Below are positions 49,348 to 59,029 of a stretch of 64,000 bases of DNA, in pieces. Below the pieces are notes generated by a model. That model searched no databases, was not told where the DNA came from, and saw only the letters and a list, made by a program, of their open reading frames with translations. A program made the translations under genes and the position numbers. Each line of letters starts with the position of its first letter. Within the stretch, counting starts at the first letter, position 1. This DNA is from Candidatus Latescibacterota bacterium (GTDB taxonomy: Bacteria > Latescibacterota > UBA2968 > UBA8231): contig OZ242005.1 in assembly GCA_965204725.1 (NCBI GenBank), positions 3,424,001 through 3,488,000 on the forward strand. The letters are read 5' to 3'.

Positions 49348-49479
49348 TTGACCGCCCCCGCTCGCGGCGCGATATTGGCAATCCTGTAAATGAATAAGCG
49401 GCGTTGGTTGGGCCGATTGCGTAAGCGCGGCCGCCGGGTCGAACATCCCCGGCGCCTTGAACCAACGCCGCGCCTTTTT
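49348..49479 (+). ncRNA. Putative promoter plus structured RNA, copy 2 (short form)
   Basis: TTGACC-17-GATATT followed directly by the same three-way-junction core and T-run. Confidence 0.5.
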
Positions 49480-49561
49480 GTGCTCGCTTGCCACCGCCAA
49501 ACGCCCCCAGCGAATAACGCGCCTTAGACTTTTATACTAACGATAATAGGCCTTATCGGGA

Positions 49562-49738
49562 CTACCCCTTGGCGGCACTCTTCGTCATCCACTCGTCCCG
49601 TCCGCCGTAAGCGGCAAACACGGCTTCGAGCAAGAGCCGCACGGCTTGGCCAAAGTAACGGCCCCGACGCCACGCCACGCCGATTTCGCGCTCAAAGGCT
49701 ACGCCGCGCACCTCTACGGTCTTGAGCGCACCGCTCGT
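49562..49738 (-). pseudogene. C-terminal remnant of a LysR-family regulator
   Basis: Manual translation TSGALKTVEVRGVAFEREIGVAWRRGRYFGQAVRLLLEAVFAAYGGRDEWMTKSAAKG*; an in-frame stop lies shortly upstream and no start was found. Confidence 0.6.
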
Positions 49739-49803
49739 TAGTATGAGATGTAGGGGTATTCTCTGAAGATGCCTTTAGACAGGCCCCGGGGCTAGCTGGC
49801 ATC

Positions 49804-50931
49804 CTAACAGCCTATCGGCAGCATCATTTGCGGGACTTCGCCGACCGTGCAGTCAGCGGATAAACTTTCACCGACCATGCCGTTTGGTTGCTCCCTGTAC
49901 TGAGCCACTAGCGTCGTGCCGTCGGCCTCGTCGTCAACTCCCGTAATTTCGTTTAAGAACAAGTCCTGTTCCTGAGCCGTCATTACCGGAAATCCGTAGT
50001 GGCGGCTCGCGTATTTTAACGGGCCGCTCTCTTCCGTCCGCGCAACGGCCCACTCCACGTGCCGGGCTAGCCGGGCGCGGTTGTACTCGTTGGCAACCGG
50101 AGGTGTGGAGCGCAGCAGGTTTTGCGCGACCGCCACCAACGTCTCGTCAATCTCCATGCCGACAGAATTTCTTCCTGCTGTTAGGGCGGCTGCGAGCGTC
50201 GTCCCGGTCCCGGCAAACGGGTCGAGCACCACATCCCCTTTGACAGAAAACATGCAGACGAGCCGGTAGGCCAACTCAAAAGGAAAGGCCGCGCTACGCT
50301 CGCGGGTCGGCCCATCCACAAGCCCTTGCGAAGTTCCCTTTACGTCGAACCACACATCCGAGAACCACACGTTGCGTTCCTCCCAGAAGAAGGCACTCTC
50401 GCGGCGGTTGGCTTTCTCAGCGACCGTTGTGAATGTTCGTCGCCGCCCTTTTCTAAGCACGAGAATGTACTCGTGCTCGTAGGTTATGTATGCTCCTACG
50501 GGCAACATCCCAGACCCCATAAATTTGTTGGGGGCGTTGGTCTGCTTGCGCCAGAGTATATCGGGCAAAGCGGCAAAACCGTTGTCGAGAAAATAGCTGA
50601 GTATGCGGGAGTGATTGGAGTATAGCTGGAAGTCGCCATCTATGGTTCGGGTGGCGTCGCCAATGTTGATACAGGCAATAGCCCCCGGCTTCATAACGCG
50701 GTCGCACTCCCGCCACACGGCATCGAGCAACTCGTGCATGAGCTTGAAAGCGTCCGGTCCATTGCCGCTCGACAGTTGCTCCCCAATGCGATAGTCTTGG
50801 AGCGCGAAAATATCATCCCACATTTCCACCATCGGATAGGGCGGCGAGGTGACGATCAAATCAACCGACTCATCCGCGATTCCGGCCATGGACTGGGCAG
50901 GGCCGCATATCAGCTTAGCGGTGGTCTGCAA
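49804..50931 (-). CDS. Orphan beta-class DNA methyltransferase (probably N4-cytosine)
   Basis: IVTSPPY (motif IV), AAFPFEL, VLDPFAGTGTT (motif I). Confidence 0.9.
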   Translation of the reverse strand: MQTTAKLICGPAQSMAGIADESVDLIVTSPPYPMVEMWDDIFALQDYRIGEQLSSGNGPDAFKLMHELLDAVWRECDRVMKPGAIACINIGDATRTIDGDFQLYSNHSRILSYFLDNGFAALPDILWRKQTNAPNKFMGSGMLPVGAYITYEHEYILVLRKGRRRTFTTVAEKANRRESAFFWEERNVWFSDVWFDVKGTSQGLVDGPTRERSAAFPFELAYRLVCMFSVKGDVVLDPFAGTGTTLAAALTAGRNSVGMEIDETLVAVAQNLLRSTPPVANEYNRARLARHVEWAVARTEESGPLKYASRHYGFPVMTAQEQDLFLNEITGVDDEADGTTLVAQYREQPNGMVGESLSADCTVGEVPQMMLPIGC

Positions 50932-50953
50932 AGGAAAGTGGTACGTGGATCAT

Positions 50954-53488
50954 CTAGAGATCAAAGGTGTATTTCCCGTACCAGAACGCGCCGCCAAAGC
51001 CATAGGGACTGTGCTCGCCAAATGGTCTGCCGAGGCCGGTTGCGGGATCCTCGCCGGCGATCTCGTTTTCGTAATTCGTCGGCTCGGTGTTGAGGACATT
51101 TTGAACGCCGAGGGTGATTGTCGATCCAGTGCCGAGTGAAAAACTGGATTCGAGGTCGAGCAACAACGCACGGCCAAAAACTTGGTGGCCCCAATCCCAT
51201 TCGTCCCACGAACCGTAATAACTGACGCGGCCCAACACACGCCAATTATCAGTTGGGGCGTGCATCAGGGTCACATTTGCGCGGTGCCTAGGGAGCCCCT
51301 TTTCCAAGAGCGTGATGCGCTTTTGATTGACCAAGGTTTCGTCGTATTCGGTGACATCGGTCTGGGTGAAATTATACGCGAGGCTCAGTTCTCCTTTGGA
51401 CCCAAACGGCGCGGTGAGAACGACATCGATCCCTTGGGTGCGCGTTGCAAAATTATTGGTAAAGAAGCGGAACTCTTGCAGATTGGTGATGCCTGCAACG
51501 CGCAGTTGTTCTATTGGTGCGTCGTCGAGTTCACTGAGCTTAAAGTCCTGCGAGGTCGTCAGGCGATCCTCCACCACAATATTGAAATAGTCGAGCGTGA
51601 CATGGACGGGATAGCTGGGAACCGCCACGACGAGGCCAGCCGACATATTGATCGATTTTTCCGGCTCCAGCACATCGCCCCCCACCAATTTCGCGGCCGG
51701 ATGCGTTGAGGGAATCGTGGCTTTATTGACCAAAATGAGATTGCCTTCGTCATCTTCGCCGACCCCCGTCGTCTCGTTATAGGCATTTTGTTGCCCGGGC
51801 GTGGGCGCTCTAAAGCCCGTGCTGAACGAGCCGCGCACTCTCACATTCTCGTTGATCCCGTAGTTGGTCGCCAACTTGTAATTGGTCGTGGCACCAAATC
51901 CCTCGAAATTTTCAAAGCGCACCGCACCGCCGAGCAACCAGTTGTCCTGCGGGTTCCATTCCGCATCGCCATAAATCGCCCAGTTGGACCGACTCCACGC
52001 CCCGGCGGCAACATCGCTGAACCCCGGGAACCCATTGGAACTCGGCAGAAAACCATAGCGCGCCAGCGAGCCTACTTCATAAGACTTTGGCTCGCCGCTT
52101 ACGATTTCAAACCTTTCAATGCGATATTCAAGCCCGCTGGCAAAGAACAGCCGCTCGCTAAGTGGATAGATCACATCGAGATTGAAATTGGTATCGGTCT
52201 GGATGTACGCGCCCGGATCAAACGAGGTGGGGGTGTTGGGGCCTAGGGACGCATTGATGGTTCGGTTGATAAAAAAATCGGTTTCGTGACGCCCATAAGA
52301 CGCGCTGAGGTCCCATGCCAACAGCGATTTCGTGCCCTTAATCCCGGCCAACAAGGCGCGATCTTGCGTGGTCGCGCCAAACCGAGGCGTGAAACCATTG
52401 GGAAACATTTCTTGGAAGGTGAACAGCCCCGGATCGTCGAAAACCTTTTTCAGGGAATCTGGCTGCGGCACATCGTTGACGATGGGCACTACGGGCACCT
52501 CGCCGCCGCTTAAACTGCCAATGAGCAGGGTCTCGCCCTTGTCAATGCTGTACACGCCGTATCGCTCATTGGGATTGCGGAAGTAAAACCCGCCCTCCAC
52601 TTCCTTGCTGGCAAAATTGCCGTGTCCGTACCATTCGATATGGTCGTTGATGAACGCGCCGTAATTGGCAAAGAGTTTCACGTCATTGCGAACAATGGGC
52701 TGCCCCCACGGCTGGGCCGGATCAGCTATATCCTTGCCCAGATCGATTAGGCGCGCAGCATCGGCGCGTTGCACCGAGCGGTCCGTCTCATCCGCGTTGC
52801 CATACTCCGCGCTGAGGTTTGCCCACGCCTGATCGCTGCCCAAGCCAACATTGCCCGCGACGCTGTATGTAAATCCATCGCCCGCTTGGAAAATACCGGG
52901 TTTGATTTGAAAAGACGCGCCTTGGTACTTGTTCTTGAGCTGGAAGTTCATCACCCCGGCAATGGCGTCAGAGCCGTATTGCGCCGAGGCGCCGTCGCGC
53001 AGCACTTCCACGCGCTTCAATGCAATGGCCGGGATCGGAGATATGTCAGGGCCTTGCGCCGCATCGGATACGCCCGTGGGCCACCATGCGATCACAGACC
53101 CGCGGTGTCGGCGTTTGCCATTGACGAGTACTAAAGTGTGGTCGGGTGCCAGTCCGCGCAGGTTGGCTGGGCGGACAAAGGTCGCAGCATCGCTGATCGG
53201 CTGGATATTGACATTGTAGGATGGCACGACATTTCTCAGCAGATCGGGCAAATCCGAACCGCCCTGCTTGACGAAATCTTCGCCAGTGACCACGTCGATG
53301 GGGACGGCCGACTCGGCGACGGAACGCGGCTGGGCGCGCGATCCCGTCACCACCAATTCATCAAACTCAACCAATTGTTCGAGAATATCCGAAAACTCGG
53401 TCGCGGTGGTATCCGCGCTTTCCTGCGCGCTGGCAATGTTGCTCGCAGCAAGCGCGACGATGAGGGCGAAAGGGTACTTGTGCCGCAT
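50954..53488 (-). CDS. TonB-dependent receptor
   Basis: AGGAG RBS; signal peptide; TonB box ELVVTGSR; LVLVNGKR, RVEVLRDGASAQYGSDAIAGVMN; aromatic C-terminal strand. Confidence 0.95.
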   Translation of the reverse strand: MRHKYPFALIVALAASNIASAQESADTTATEFSDILEQLVEFDELVVTGSRAQPRSVAESAVPIDVVTGEDFVKQGGSDLPDLLRNVVPSYNVNIQPISDAATFVRPANLRGLAPDHTLVLVNGKRRHRGSVIAWWPTGVSDAAQGPDISPIPAIALKRVEVLRDGASAQYGSDAIAGVMNFQLKNKYQGASFQIKPGIFQAGDGFTYSVAGNVGLGSDQAWANLSAEYGNADETDRSVQRADAARLIDLGKDIADPAQPWGQPIVRNDVKLFANYGAFINDHIEWYGHGNFASKEVEGGFYFRNPNERYGVYSIDKGETLLIGSLSGGEVPVVPIVNDVPQPDSLKKVFDDPGLFTFQEMFPNGFTPRFGATTQDRALLAGIKGTKSLLAWDLSASYGRHETDFFINRTINASLGPNTPTSFDPGAYIQTDTNFNLDVIYPLSERLFFASGLEYRIERFEIVSGEPKSYEVGSLARYGFLPSSNGFPGFSDVAAGAWSRSNWAIYGDAEWNPQDNWLLGGAVRFENFEGFGATTNYKLATNYGINENVRVRGSFSTGFRAPTPGQQNAYNETTGVGEDDEGNLILVNKATIPSTHPAAKLVGGDVLEPEKSINMSAGLVVAVPSYPVHVTLDYFNIVVEDRLTTSQDFKLSELDDAPIEQLRVAGITNLQEFRFFTNNFATRTQGIDVVLTAPFGSKGELSLAYNFTQTDVTEYDETLVNQKRITLLEKGLPRHRANVTLMHAPTDNWRVLGRVSYYGSWDEWDWGHQVFGRALLLDLESSFSLGTGSTITLGVQNVLNTEPTNYENEIAGEDPATGLGRPFGEHSPYGFGGAFWYGKYTFDL

Positions 53489-53648
53489 GGGAGGACTCCT
53501 TTGAGACGAGTAGAGTAGAGTCAAATATGGGCTTTCTACGCAAGCATCATAATATCACTTCAGACCGCTCTCCTGCAACTCGCTGCCGTTGATTGCGGCT
53601 GCTCAATGCCGTATCCTTTCGGCAACACCCCTGCAGAGGAGGATCACC

Positions 53649-54488
53649 ATGGCCACACCCCGCATTGACGACCGCGATTGGTCAGCCCTCACCACCGGCC
53701 AGCGCATCCGCCAACTCGAAGTCGAAGGCTATCTCGTCCTGCCCGACCTGCTCAACGCCGACCACATCGCCCGCCTCAAAGCCATCACCGCTACCTTCGA
53801 GACCAAGGCCGTCGATTACAGCGAACGCCAGCGCGGTCGCAGCAACATCCAATTCGACGGCGGCGAAATCACCGCCCTGCTCGGCCACCCGCCAACGCTC
53901 GCGTTCCTGCGCGAACTCTTGGGCGACGACGTGATCTTCATGCACTACGGCTATGCCCGCTCCGAACCCGGTCACCCCGGCATCAGCCTCCACGCCGATG
54001 GCCAACCCTACGGCTCCAAAATTTTCGGCTTTGAAGGCTCTTGCCCAGTGCTAATACGAGTGCTCTACTATCTCGACGACCTCATACCAGCCGTCTCGCC
54101 TTTCCGCGTGGTGCCGCGCTCCCACCTGTGCTTGCACGCCCACGCCAACCCCTATACGCGCTACAAATCCCACCCCGAAGAAGTCATGGTGCCCTGCAAG
54201 GCCGGTTCTGCCGTGCTCATCCACCACCGCGTATTCCACGGCAACTTCCCCAACGTCGGGGCTTACCCGCGCGAAATGCTGGCCATCGCCTATCGACCCG
54301 CTTGGGCCGGGCCGGTTGACGAAGTCAGCCCTTGGAGCGAGGAAGACCTCCGAGCCTTGCCCGACGAAATCCGGCCGCTCTTCGCCGACCGCAACACGCG
54401 CCACTGGGACTACCACGGCGGCAACAAGCCCCCGAACATGGCCGCCGCGGCCCCGGGCATGGACCCCAGCCGCTGGGAGCGCGTCTAA
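53649..54488 (+). CDS. Phytanoyl-CoA dioxygenase (PhyH) family protein
   Basis: GGAGG RBS; EGYLVL, LHAD, VVPRSH, VFHG. Confidence 0.88.
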   Translation: MATPRIDDRDWSALTTGQRIRQLEVEGYLVLPDLLNADHIARLKAITATFETKAVDYSERQRGRSNIQFDGGEITALLGHPPTLAFLRELLGDDVIFMHYGYARSEPGHPGISLHADGQPYGSKIFGFEGSCPVLIRVLYYLDDLIPAVSPFRVVPRSHLCLHAHANPYTRYKSHPEEVMVPCKAGSAVLIHHRVFHGNFPNVGAYPREMLAIAYRPAWAGPVDEVSPWSEEDLRALPDEIRPLFADRNTRHWDYHGGNKPPNMAAAAPGMDPSRWERV

Positions 54489-54490
54489 CG

Positions 54491-55231
54491 CTACCGAGTA
54501 AACACCGTCCCCCGCACGTAAGACCCTTCCTCGCAAGCCAAAAACGCCAGCACCCGCGCCACCCCCATCGGATCCCCCAACACGGCGTTTCGCTTTGCTT
54601 CCTCTGGATCGCGGCCTGCGGCCTCGGCCCCCTGCGCTATATTCTCCAGCTTTAGCGGCGTTGCAATCCCCCCGGGGCACACCACGTGCAAGCGCACCCC
54701 TTTAGGCCCTAACTCGCTTTCGAGCTTGTAGTGCAACCCGTGCTGCCCGGCCTTGCTCGCTGCATAGGCGTAGGACGAGGAACCGCCCCGCACGCCCGCG
54801 CCCGAGGCGATGATCAGCAGCACGGATTGACCGGCGGCCGCCAAGAGCGGCGTCGCGTATTTGGCCGAGAGGAAGGTGCCCTTCAAGTTGGTGTCGAGCG
54901 TTGCGTCCCAATCTTCCGCCGACAGCTCCTCAATGGTCTTGTACGCCCCCGTCAAGACCCCGGCCGCGAAAACCGCCACCTCAAGGCGGACGGTGTGCTC
55001 TCTGATCTGCGCGACCGACGCGACCACGCTCTCTTCCAACCGCACATCCGTTGCATAGAAACGCGCTTGGCCGCCTGCGGCCTCGATCTGATCTACGGCG
55101 GCTCGTCCCTCCGCTTCGTTGTAATCAACGATGTGGACATGCGCGCCCTCTTGGGCGAAAAGCTCGGCAGTGGCCCGGCCAATGCCAGTAGCCCCGCCGG
55201 TTACCAACGCCTCTTTGTTCGCTAGTCTCAC
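54491..55231 (-). CDS. Short-chain dehydrogenase/reductase
   Basis: TGGATGIG and YAASK motifs. Confidence 0.92.
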   Translation of the reverse strand: MRLANKEALVTGGATGIGRATAELFAQEGAHVHIVDYNEAEGRAAVDQIEAAGGQARFYATDVRLEESVVASVAQIREHTVRLEVAVFAAGVLTGAYKTIEELSAEDWDATLDTNLKGTFLSAKYATPLLAAAGQSVLLIIASGAGVRGGSSSYAYAASKAGQHGLHYKLESELGPKGVRLHVVCPGGIATPLKLENIAQGAEAAGRDPEEAKRNAVLGDPMGVARVLAFLACEEGSYVRGTVFTR

Positions 55232-55327
55232 GCTTACCTCCCTCTATCGCTTGCGGCGAAGCGGCAAAAGTTGCCGATATATCGCCATGGGGTATTTTCT
55301 ACGAGTGATTTGTTCAAACTCCGCTAC

Positions 55328-56356
55328 ATGACCACCCATCGCCAACTCGCCATCTGGCTCCTCGCTGTGTCGGCCCTCATCGTCGTCCTCGTAGTGTACG
55401 GGGGCTGGGTGCGCCTGACTCGCTCGGGCCTATCCATCGTCGAGTGGAACGTCGTCACCGGCGTCGTTCCGCCGCTGAGTGCTGCGGCCTGGGAAGGCGA
55501 ATTCGCCAAGTACCGGCAGACGCCCGAATACCAACTCGTCAACTATGGTATGGGGCTGGACGAATTTAAGTTTATCTACTACATGGAGTTCGGCCACCGC
55601 TTGCTCGGCCGGGTGGCTGGGTTGCTCTTTGTCGCACCCCTGCTCTATTTCCTCGGCCGCCGGGCCATTCCCCGCGCCCACATACCCATCTATCTGGGCA
55701 TTGGCCTGCTCTTCGCCCTTCAGGGCTTGGTCGGCTGGCTGATGGTCAAAAGCGGCCTAGGCGACCGGCCCCAAGTAAGTCATCTGCGTTTGACCTTGCA
55801 CCTTGGTTGCGCCTTTGCTCTTTTGGCCGCTTGCCTCTGGCAGGTCTTTGGCTATCTGTCGCCTAAAGCAAAAGCCCGGCCAGTGCCCCGCACCGTGCGC
55901 TGCCTTTGTGCTGGGCTGTTTGCCGCTGTCTGCCTCCAGATCGCCGCGGGTGGCCTAGTCGCCGGACTTAAGGCCGGACACCTATCGGACACTTTTCCCA
56001 AGATGTTCGGAGCTTGGGTGCCAGACGGCTTGTGGGCCATGCAGCCACCGCTCGTAAACCTGCTCAACAACGCCACTACCGCCCACTTTCAACACCGCTT
56101 CTTCGCTTTTGTGGTCCTCGGGCTGGCACTAGCCTTGTGGGTAGCAGCACGCCGCACGGCCCTAAAAACTGGGGCTGGCCTAACCCTCTGCTTGGTAGCG
56201 GTGCAGATCGGCTTGGGGATCGGCACTGTCGTCGCCCAGATGCCCTTGGCCTTGGCCTCCCTGCATCAGGCCGTGGCCGTGGCCCTGTTTGCTGCCGCGC
56301 TTTTCCTCTGCCACCGCTCGTCTCGTACAGAGGCTATGCCGCCTCATAGCGGTTGA
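55328..56356 (+). CDS. ctaA: Heme A synthase (COX15/CtaA)
   Basis: RLTRSGLSIVEW, EFGHRLLGR, GWLMVKSGL, HFQHR, LHQ. Confidence 0.9.
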   Translation: MTTHRQLAIWLLAVSALIVVLVVYGGWVRLTRSGLSIVEWNVVTGVVPPLSAAAWEGEFAKYRQTPEYQLVNYGMGLDEFKFIYYMEFGHRLLGRVAGLLFVAPLLYFLGRRAIPRAHIPIYLGIGLLFALQGLVGWLMVKSGLGDRPQVSHLRLTLHLGCAFALLAACLWQVFGYLSPKAKARPVPRTVRCLCAGLFAAVCLQIAAGGLVAGLKAGHLSDTFPKMFGAWVPDGLWAMQPPLVNLLNNATTAHFQHRFFAFVVLGLALALWVAARRTALKTGAGLTLCLVAVQIGLGIGTVVAQMPLALASLHQAVAVALFAAALFLCHRSSRTEAMPPHSG

Positions 56357-57023
56357 TAATCTCGGTTTCAATCGCGCCGTCGGCCGCGATCTGGCGCACT
56401 GCAAGTGCAATTCGATGCTCGGGGTTTAGGGCTTCCCAAAGGCGGGTGGGCGCGTCGGCGAGGGGCAACAGGTAGGGAACTCCAGAAAACGGAGGCAGTG
56501 GGTCGCCATCTGAGTCGTACGTGGTGATGGCGTAACCGTAGCCCGGCTCGACCCAGTCAAAGCGAAAGAAGTGCCGCTCGCTGCGCTTGGGATCAAAGGG
56601 GCTGGCCTTGAGTATGGCAAGCCAAGCCTCATCGGCCTCCAGATCTACATACCCCGCTATGCGCGGCGTGTAGTTGGGCGGGTCCGGCTCGTGTAGCCAG
56701 TCAGCCAAACTCTCGGCAAAACTGCGGCCGGCGACAAAACCCTCGTGTATGGCGTCGGTATGGACCCCATTGGAGACAATGCTGCGCCGCGCACAAACTC
56801 GCATGGCGTTGTAAATAATGAGCGTGGGGTCGCTCAACTTCGCGGGGTCGGCTGCTTCGGTCCGCAGCACGTCGCCCTCAGCGACGAAGATGCGGTTGCG
56901 GCTGTTGGCACTGCGCCCCGCGATCCAGTAAACCTGCGTCCAAGTCCCCTCCGCGGCCCGGCCAATGACAATACCGCGGCCTACGTAGGGATTTTCGGCC
57001 AGCCGTTGCCGCAAGTTGGCCAT
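56334..57023 (-). CDS. IMP cyclohydrolase-like protein (PurO family)
   Basis: NPYVGRGIVIG, GRSANSRNR, LIIYN, VSNG.HTD, EPDPPNYTPRI. Confidence 0.8.
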   Translation of the reverse strand: MANLRQRLAENPYVGRGIVIGRAAEGTWTQVYWIAGRSANSRNRIFVAEGDVLRTEAADPAKLSDPTLIIYNAMRVCARRSIVSNGVHTDAIHEGFVAGRSFAESLADWLHEPDPPNYTPRIAGYVDLEADEAWLAILKASPFDPKRSERHFFRFDWVEPGYGYAITTYDSDGDPLPPFSGVPYLLPLADAPTRLWEALNPEHRIALAVRQIAADGAIETEIINRYEAA

Positions 57024-57115
57024 AGCCTGTTCTCTTACCGCTTTTGGTGCCATGCCCCATAGTATAGGACAACGCTACACTCGGCAAAAGCGCGACCGCA
57101 CCGCCTTTTAGCACG

Positions 57116-57162
57116 AAAAAGCCGGTCCTTTTTTCGCAGGGAATATCGAAAAAAGAACCGGC
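57116..57162 (-). terminator. Intrinsic terminator
   Basis: GCCGGTCCTTTTTTCG/CGAAAAAAGAACCGGC stem, with a T5 tail on the minus strand after the 57192 gene. Confidence 0.7.
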
Positions 57163-57191
57163 CTGAACGCGGTACAGCCGAGGCGGCCTAC

Positions 57192-57386
57192 TTATTTGCG
57201 CTTTAGCACGGGCAGGCCGTTTTTGCTCTCAGACACCTCATAGCCATCCGGCACTGCATCGAGAGCACCTTCCTTCTCAGTCTTAGAAAAGAAATAAATC
57301 GTCTGTGAGTTCCCGTTTTTGAGGGTCGTGATTCGGTGATGCAGAATATACGCGACCCCCTTGGAATTCGCGTGCGAAAAAGCCAT
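57192..57386 (-). CDS. Small hypothetical protein
   Basis: AAGGAG RBS; NSKG..Y.LH, IYFFSK, P.GYEV.E..NGLPVLK pattern; followed by a terminator. Confidence 0.8.
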   Translation of the reverse strand: MAFSHANSKGVAYILHHRITTLKNGNSQTIYFFSKTEKEGALDAVPDGYEVSESKNGLPVLKRK

Positions 57387-57554
57387 GGCATCTCCTTACG
57401 TGCGAAATAGAGGAAGGAAGTATGGAAGCCGAACCGCGAAGCACGACTTCCCTCTGAGTAGGGGAGTCTTTGCAAAAAAAAAGGCCATCGGTCCAAAATC
57501 GCAACTACTTTTGTAGCCCCTCGTCTTAGGCCGGCACTACCGTCAAGACGGGTC

Positions 57555-57583
57555 TTGACTAAGAGCAACCCATAGCGTAGAAT
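57555..57583 (+). promoter_or_regulatory. Sigma-70 promoter candidate for rpsU and the cold-shock gene
   Basis: TTGACT-17 nt-TAGAAT. Confidence 0.7.
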
Positions 57584-57631
57584 ATACATTTGTTTACGTA
57601 GTAACTTAAAACCGAGGGTTAGGAGCAGCAG

Positions 57632-57880
57632 ATGAGTAATTTCAGCGTTGAGGTCCGGTCGGACGAACCTTTTGAAAAGGCACTGCGGCGCTTTACGTCC
57701 AAAACCCGCAAAGCCGGCTTATTGCGCGACTTGAAGAAGCGGCGTTTCTACACTAAACCCTCGGTCCAGAAGAAGATCAATCGCCAAAAGAGCATCCGCC
57801 GGCAGCAGAAGGCCATTCGCATGGCCGGGGCTGGCTTCGTCCGCGGCGCACAAGGGGCCGGTGCGCGCAACTCGCGCTAG
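57632..57880 (+). CDS. rpsU: 30S ribosomal protein S21
   Basis: V.VR..EPFEKALRRF...G...RRFYTKPS. Confidence 0.92.
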   Translation: MSNFSVEVRSDEPFEKALRRFTSKTRKAGLLRDLKKRRFYTKPSVQKKINRQKSIRRQQKAIRMAGAGFVRGAQGAGARNSR

Positions 57881-57946
57881 GGCTTTTTTGTCAGCCAGCC
57901 CTGTTGGCTCAACACAATTAGCAACTAAAGGAAGGTAGCCTTCATC

Positions 57947-58186
57947 ATGTCCGAACGTCAAAGTGGATCCGTCAAATGGTTCGACAGTTCCAAGGGGTTT
58001 GGTTTCATTCAGCGCGGAGGACAAGACGACGTCTTCGTCCACTACAGCGCAATTCGCGGCGATGGTTTCCGCTCCCTAGAAGAAGGTCAGCAGGTGGAAT
58101 TTGAAACGGTCGCCAGCCCCAAGGGCCTCCAAGCCCGCGACGTGGTCGTCATCGGCACGGCCCCCGAAACCCAAACTCAGGAATAA
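57947..58186 (+). CDS. Cold-shock protein (CspA family)
   Basis: GSVKWF...KGFGFI (RNP1), DVFVHYSAI (RNP2). Confidence 0.95.
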   Translation: MSERQSGSVKWFDSSKGFGFIQRGGQDDVFVHYSAIRGDGFRSLEEGQQVEFETVASPKGLQARDVVVIGTAPETQTQE

Positions 58187-58210
58187 TCCCTCAACCAGAC
58201 AGATACGAGC

Positions 58211-58244
58211 AGCGCGGGGCCTTTGGGCACCCGCGCTTTTTTTT
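58211..58244 (+). terminator. Intrinsic terminator
   Basis: AGCGCGGG/CCCGCGCT stem followed by a T-run. Confidence 0.8.
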
Positions 58245-58265
58245 GCCAACCATGCGGGGCCGGGG

Positions 58266-58628
58266 TTAAAGCAGATAGAAGAAGAGATAGGCCGCTAGCC
58301 CAGTGCCGACTAAGGCACCGCCGTAGCAAAAATAATGAATGGGAAGGATCAACTTCCGCACCCCCAACTCGTGGAGCATGAAGCGGATGCGGTGCGCCGC
58401 GTGGTAGAGTGGCAGAACGGCTACAACAAAAAAGAACACTTTGGCCAGCGGGTGGCTGAGCAACTCGCGCATGGCGTCGTATTGGCTCGCCCCCGAGCCG
58501 ACCAAGCCTAGCGGCTCGGCTAGCCCGACGAAGCAGATCATCACGGGGATCAGCATGGCGGCCACTACGCCGCCCGCGGAAAACAGGCCCCACCAGAAAG
58601 GTTCGGTTTTGTCTTGTTTGTAGCTCAT
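58266..58628 (-). CDS. frdD: Fumarate reductase subunit D
   Basis: EPFWWGLFSAGG, PLYHAAHRI, YG.A; ATG overlaps the frdC stop. Confidence 0.9.
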   Translation of the reverse strand: MSYKQDKTEPFWWGLFSAGGVVAAMLIPVMICFVGLAEPLGLVGSGASQYDAMRELLSHPLAKVFFFVVAVLPLYHAAHRIRFMLHELGVRKLILPIHYFCYGGALVGTGLAAYLFFYLL

Positions 58629-59029
58629 AGCTCTAGCGCGGATAGGAAAATGTAGCCGACGGCTGCCGACACCAAGAAAAACCCGACGAAGGCACCAGCC
58701 GTTACCAATTTGGGCGGCACGGTAAACGCGCCCAGCCGCACGACTTGGACTCGGCCCATGACTCCCAGCCAAGTGATCGTGTGGTAGAGGGCAAAGACAA
58801 ACGCAACCGCGTAAAAGGCCACAAACGCCGGGCTCGTCAGTACGGAGCGGCAAGCCGTATATGCCTCCGGCCCCTTGGCCAGCGCAAAGAGTTGGTAGAG
58901 GAAGACGAGGACGAAGGCGGCGATGAAGACGCTGCTCAATTCGCGCATCATAAACAGGAAGTAGCGACGGCTCTTCAGCCACCAAGCCGGCGACAGCTTT
59001 GGCTTGTAGGTTTCGTACGATTGGCTCAT
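58625..59029 (-). CDS. frdC: Fumarate reductase subunit C
   Basis: Y.PKL...WWLK...[17 protein letters not shown]. Confidence 0.88.
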   Translation of the reverse strand: MSQSYETYKPKLSPAWWLKSRRYFLFMMRELSSVFIAAFVLVFLYQLFALAKGPEAYTACRSVLTSPAFVAFYAVAFVFALYHTITWLGVMGRVQVVRLGAFTVPPKLVTAGAFVGFFLVSAAVGYIFLSALEL

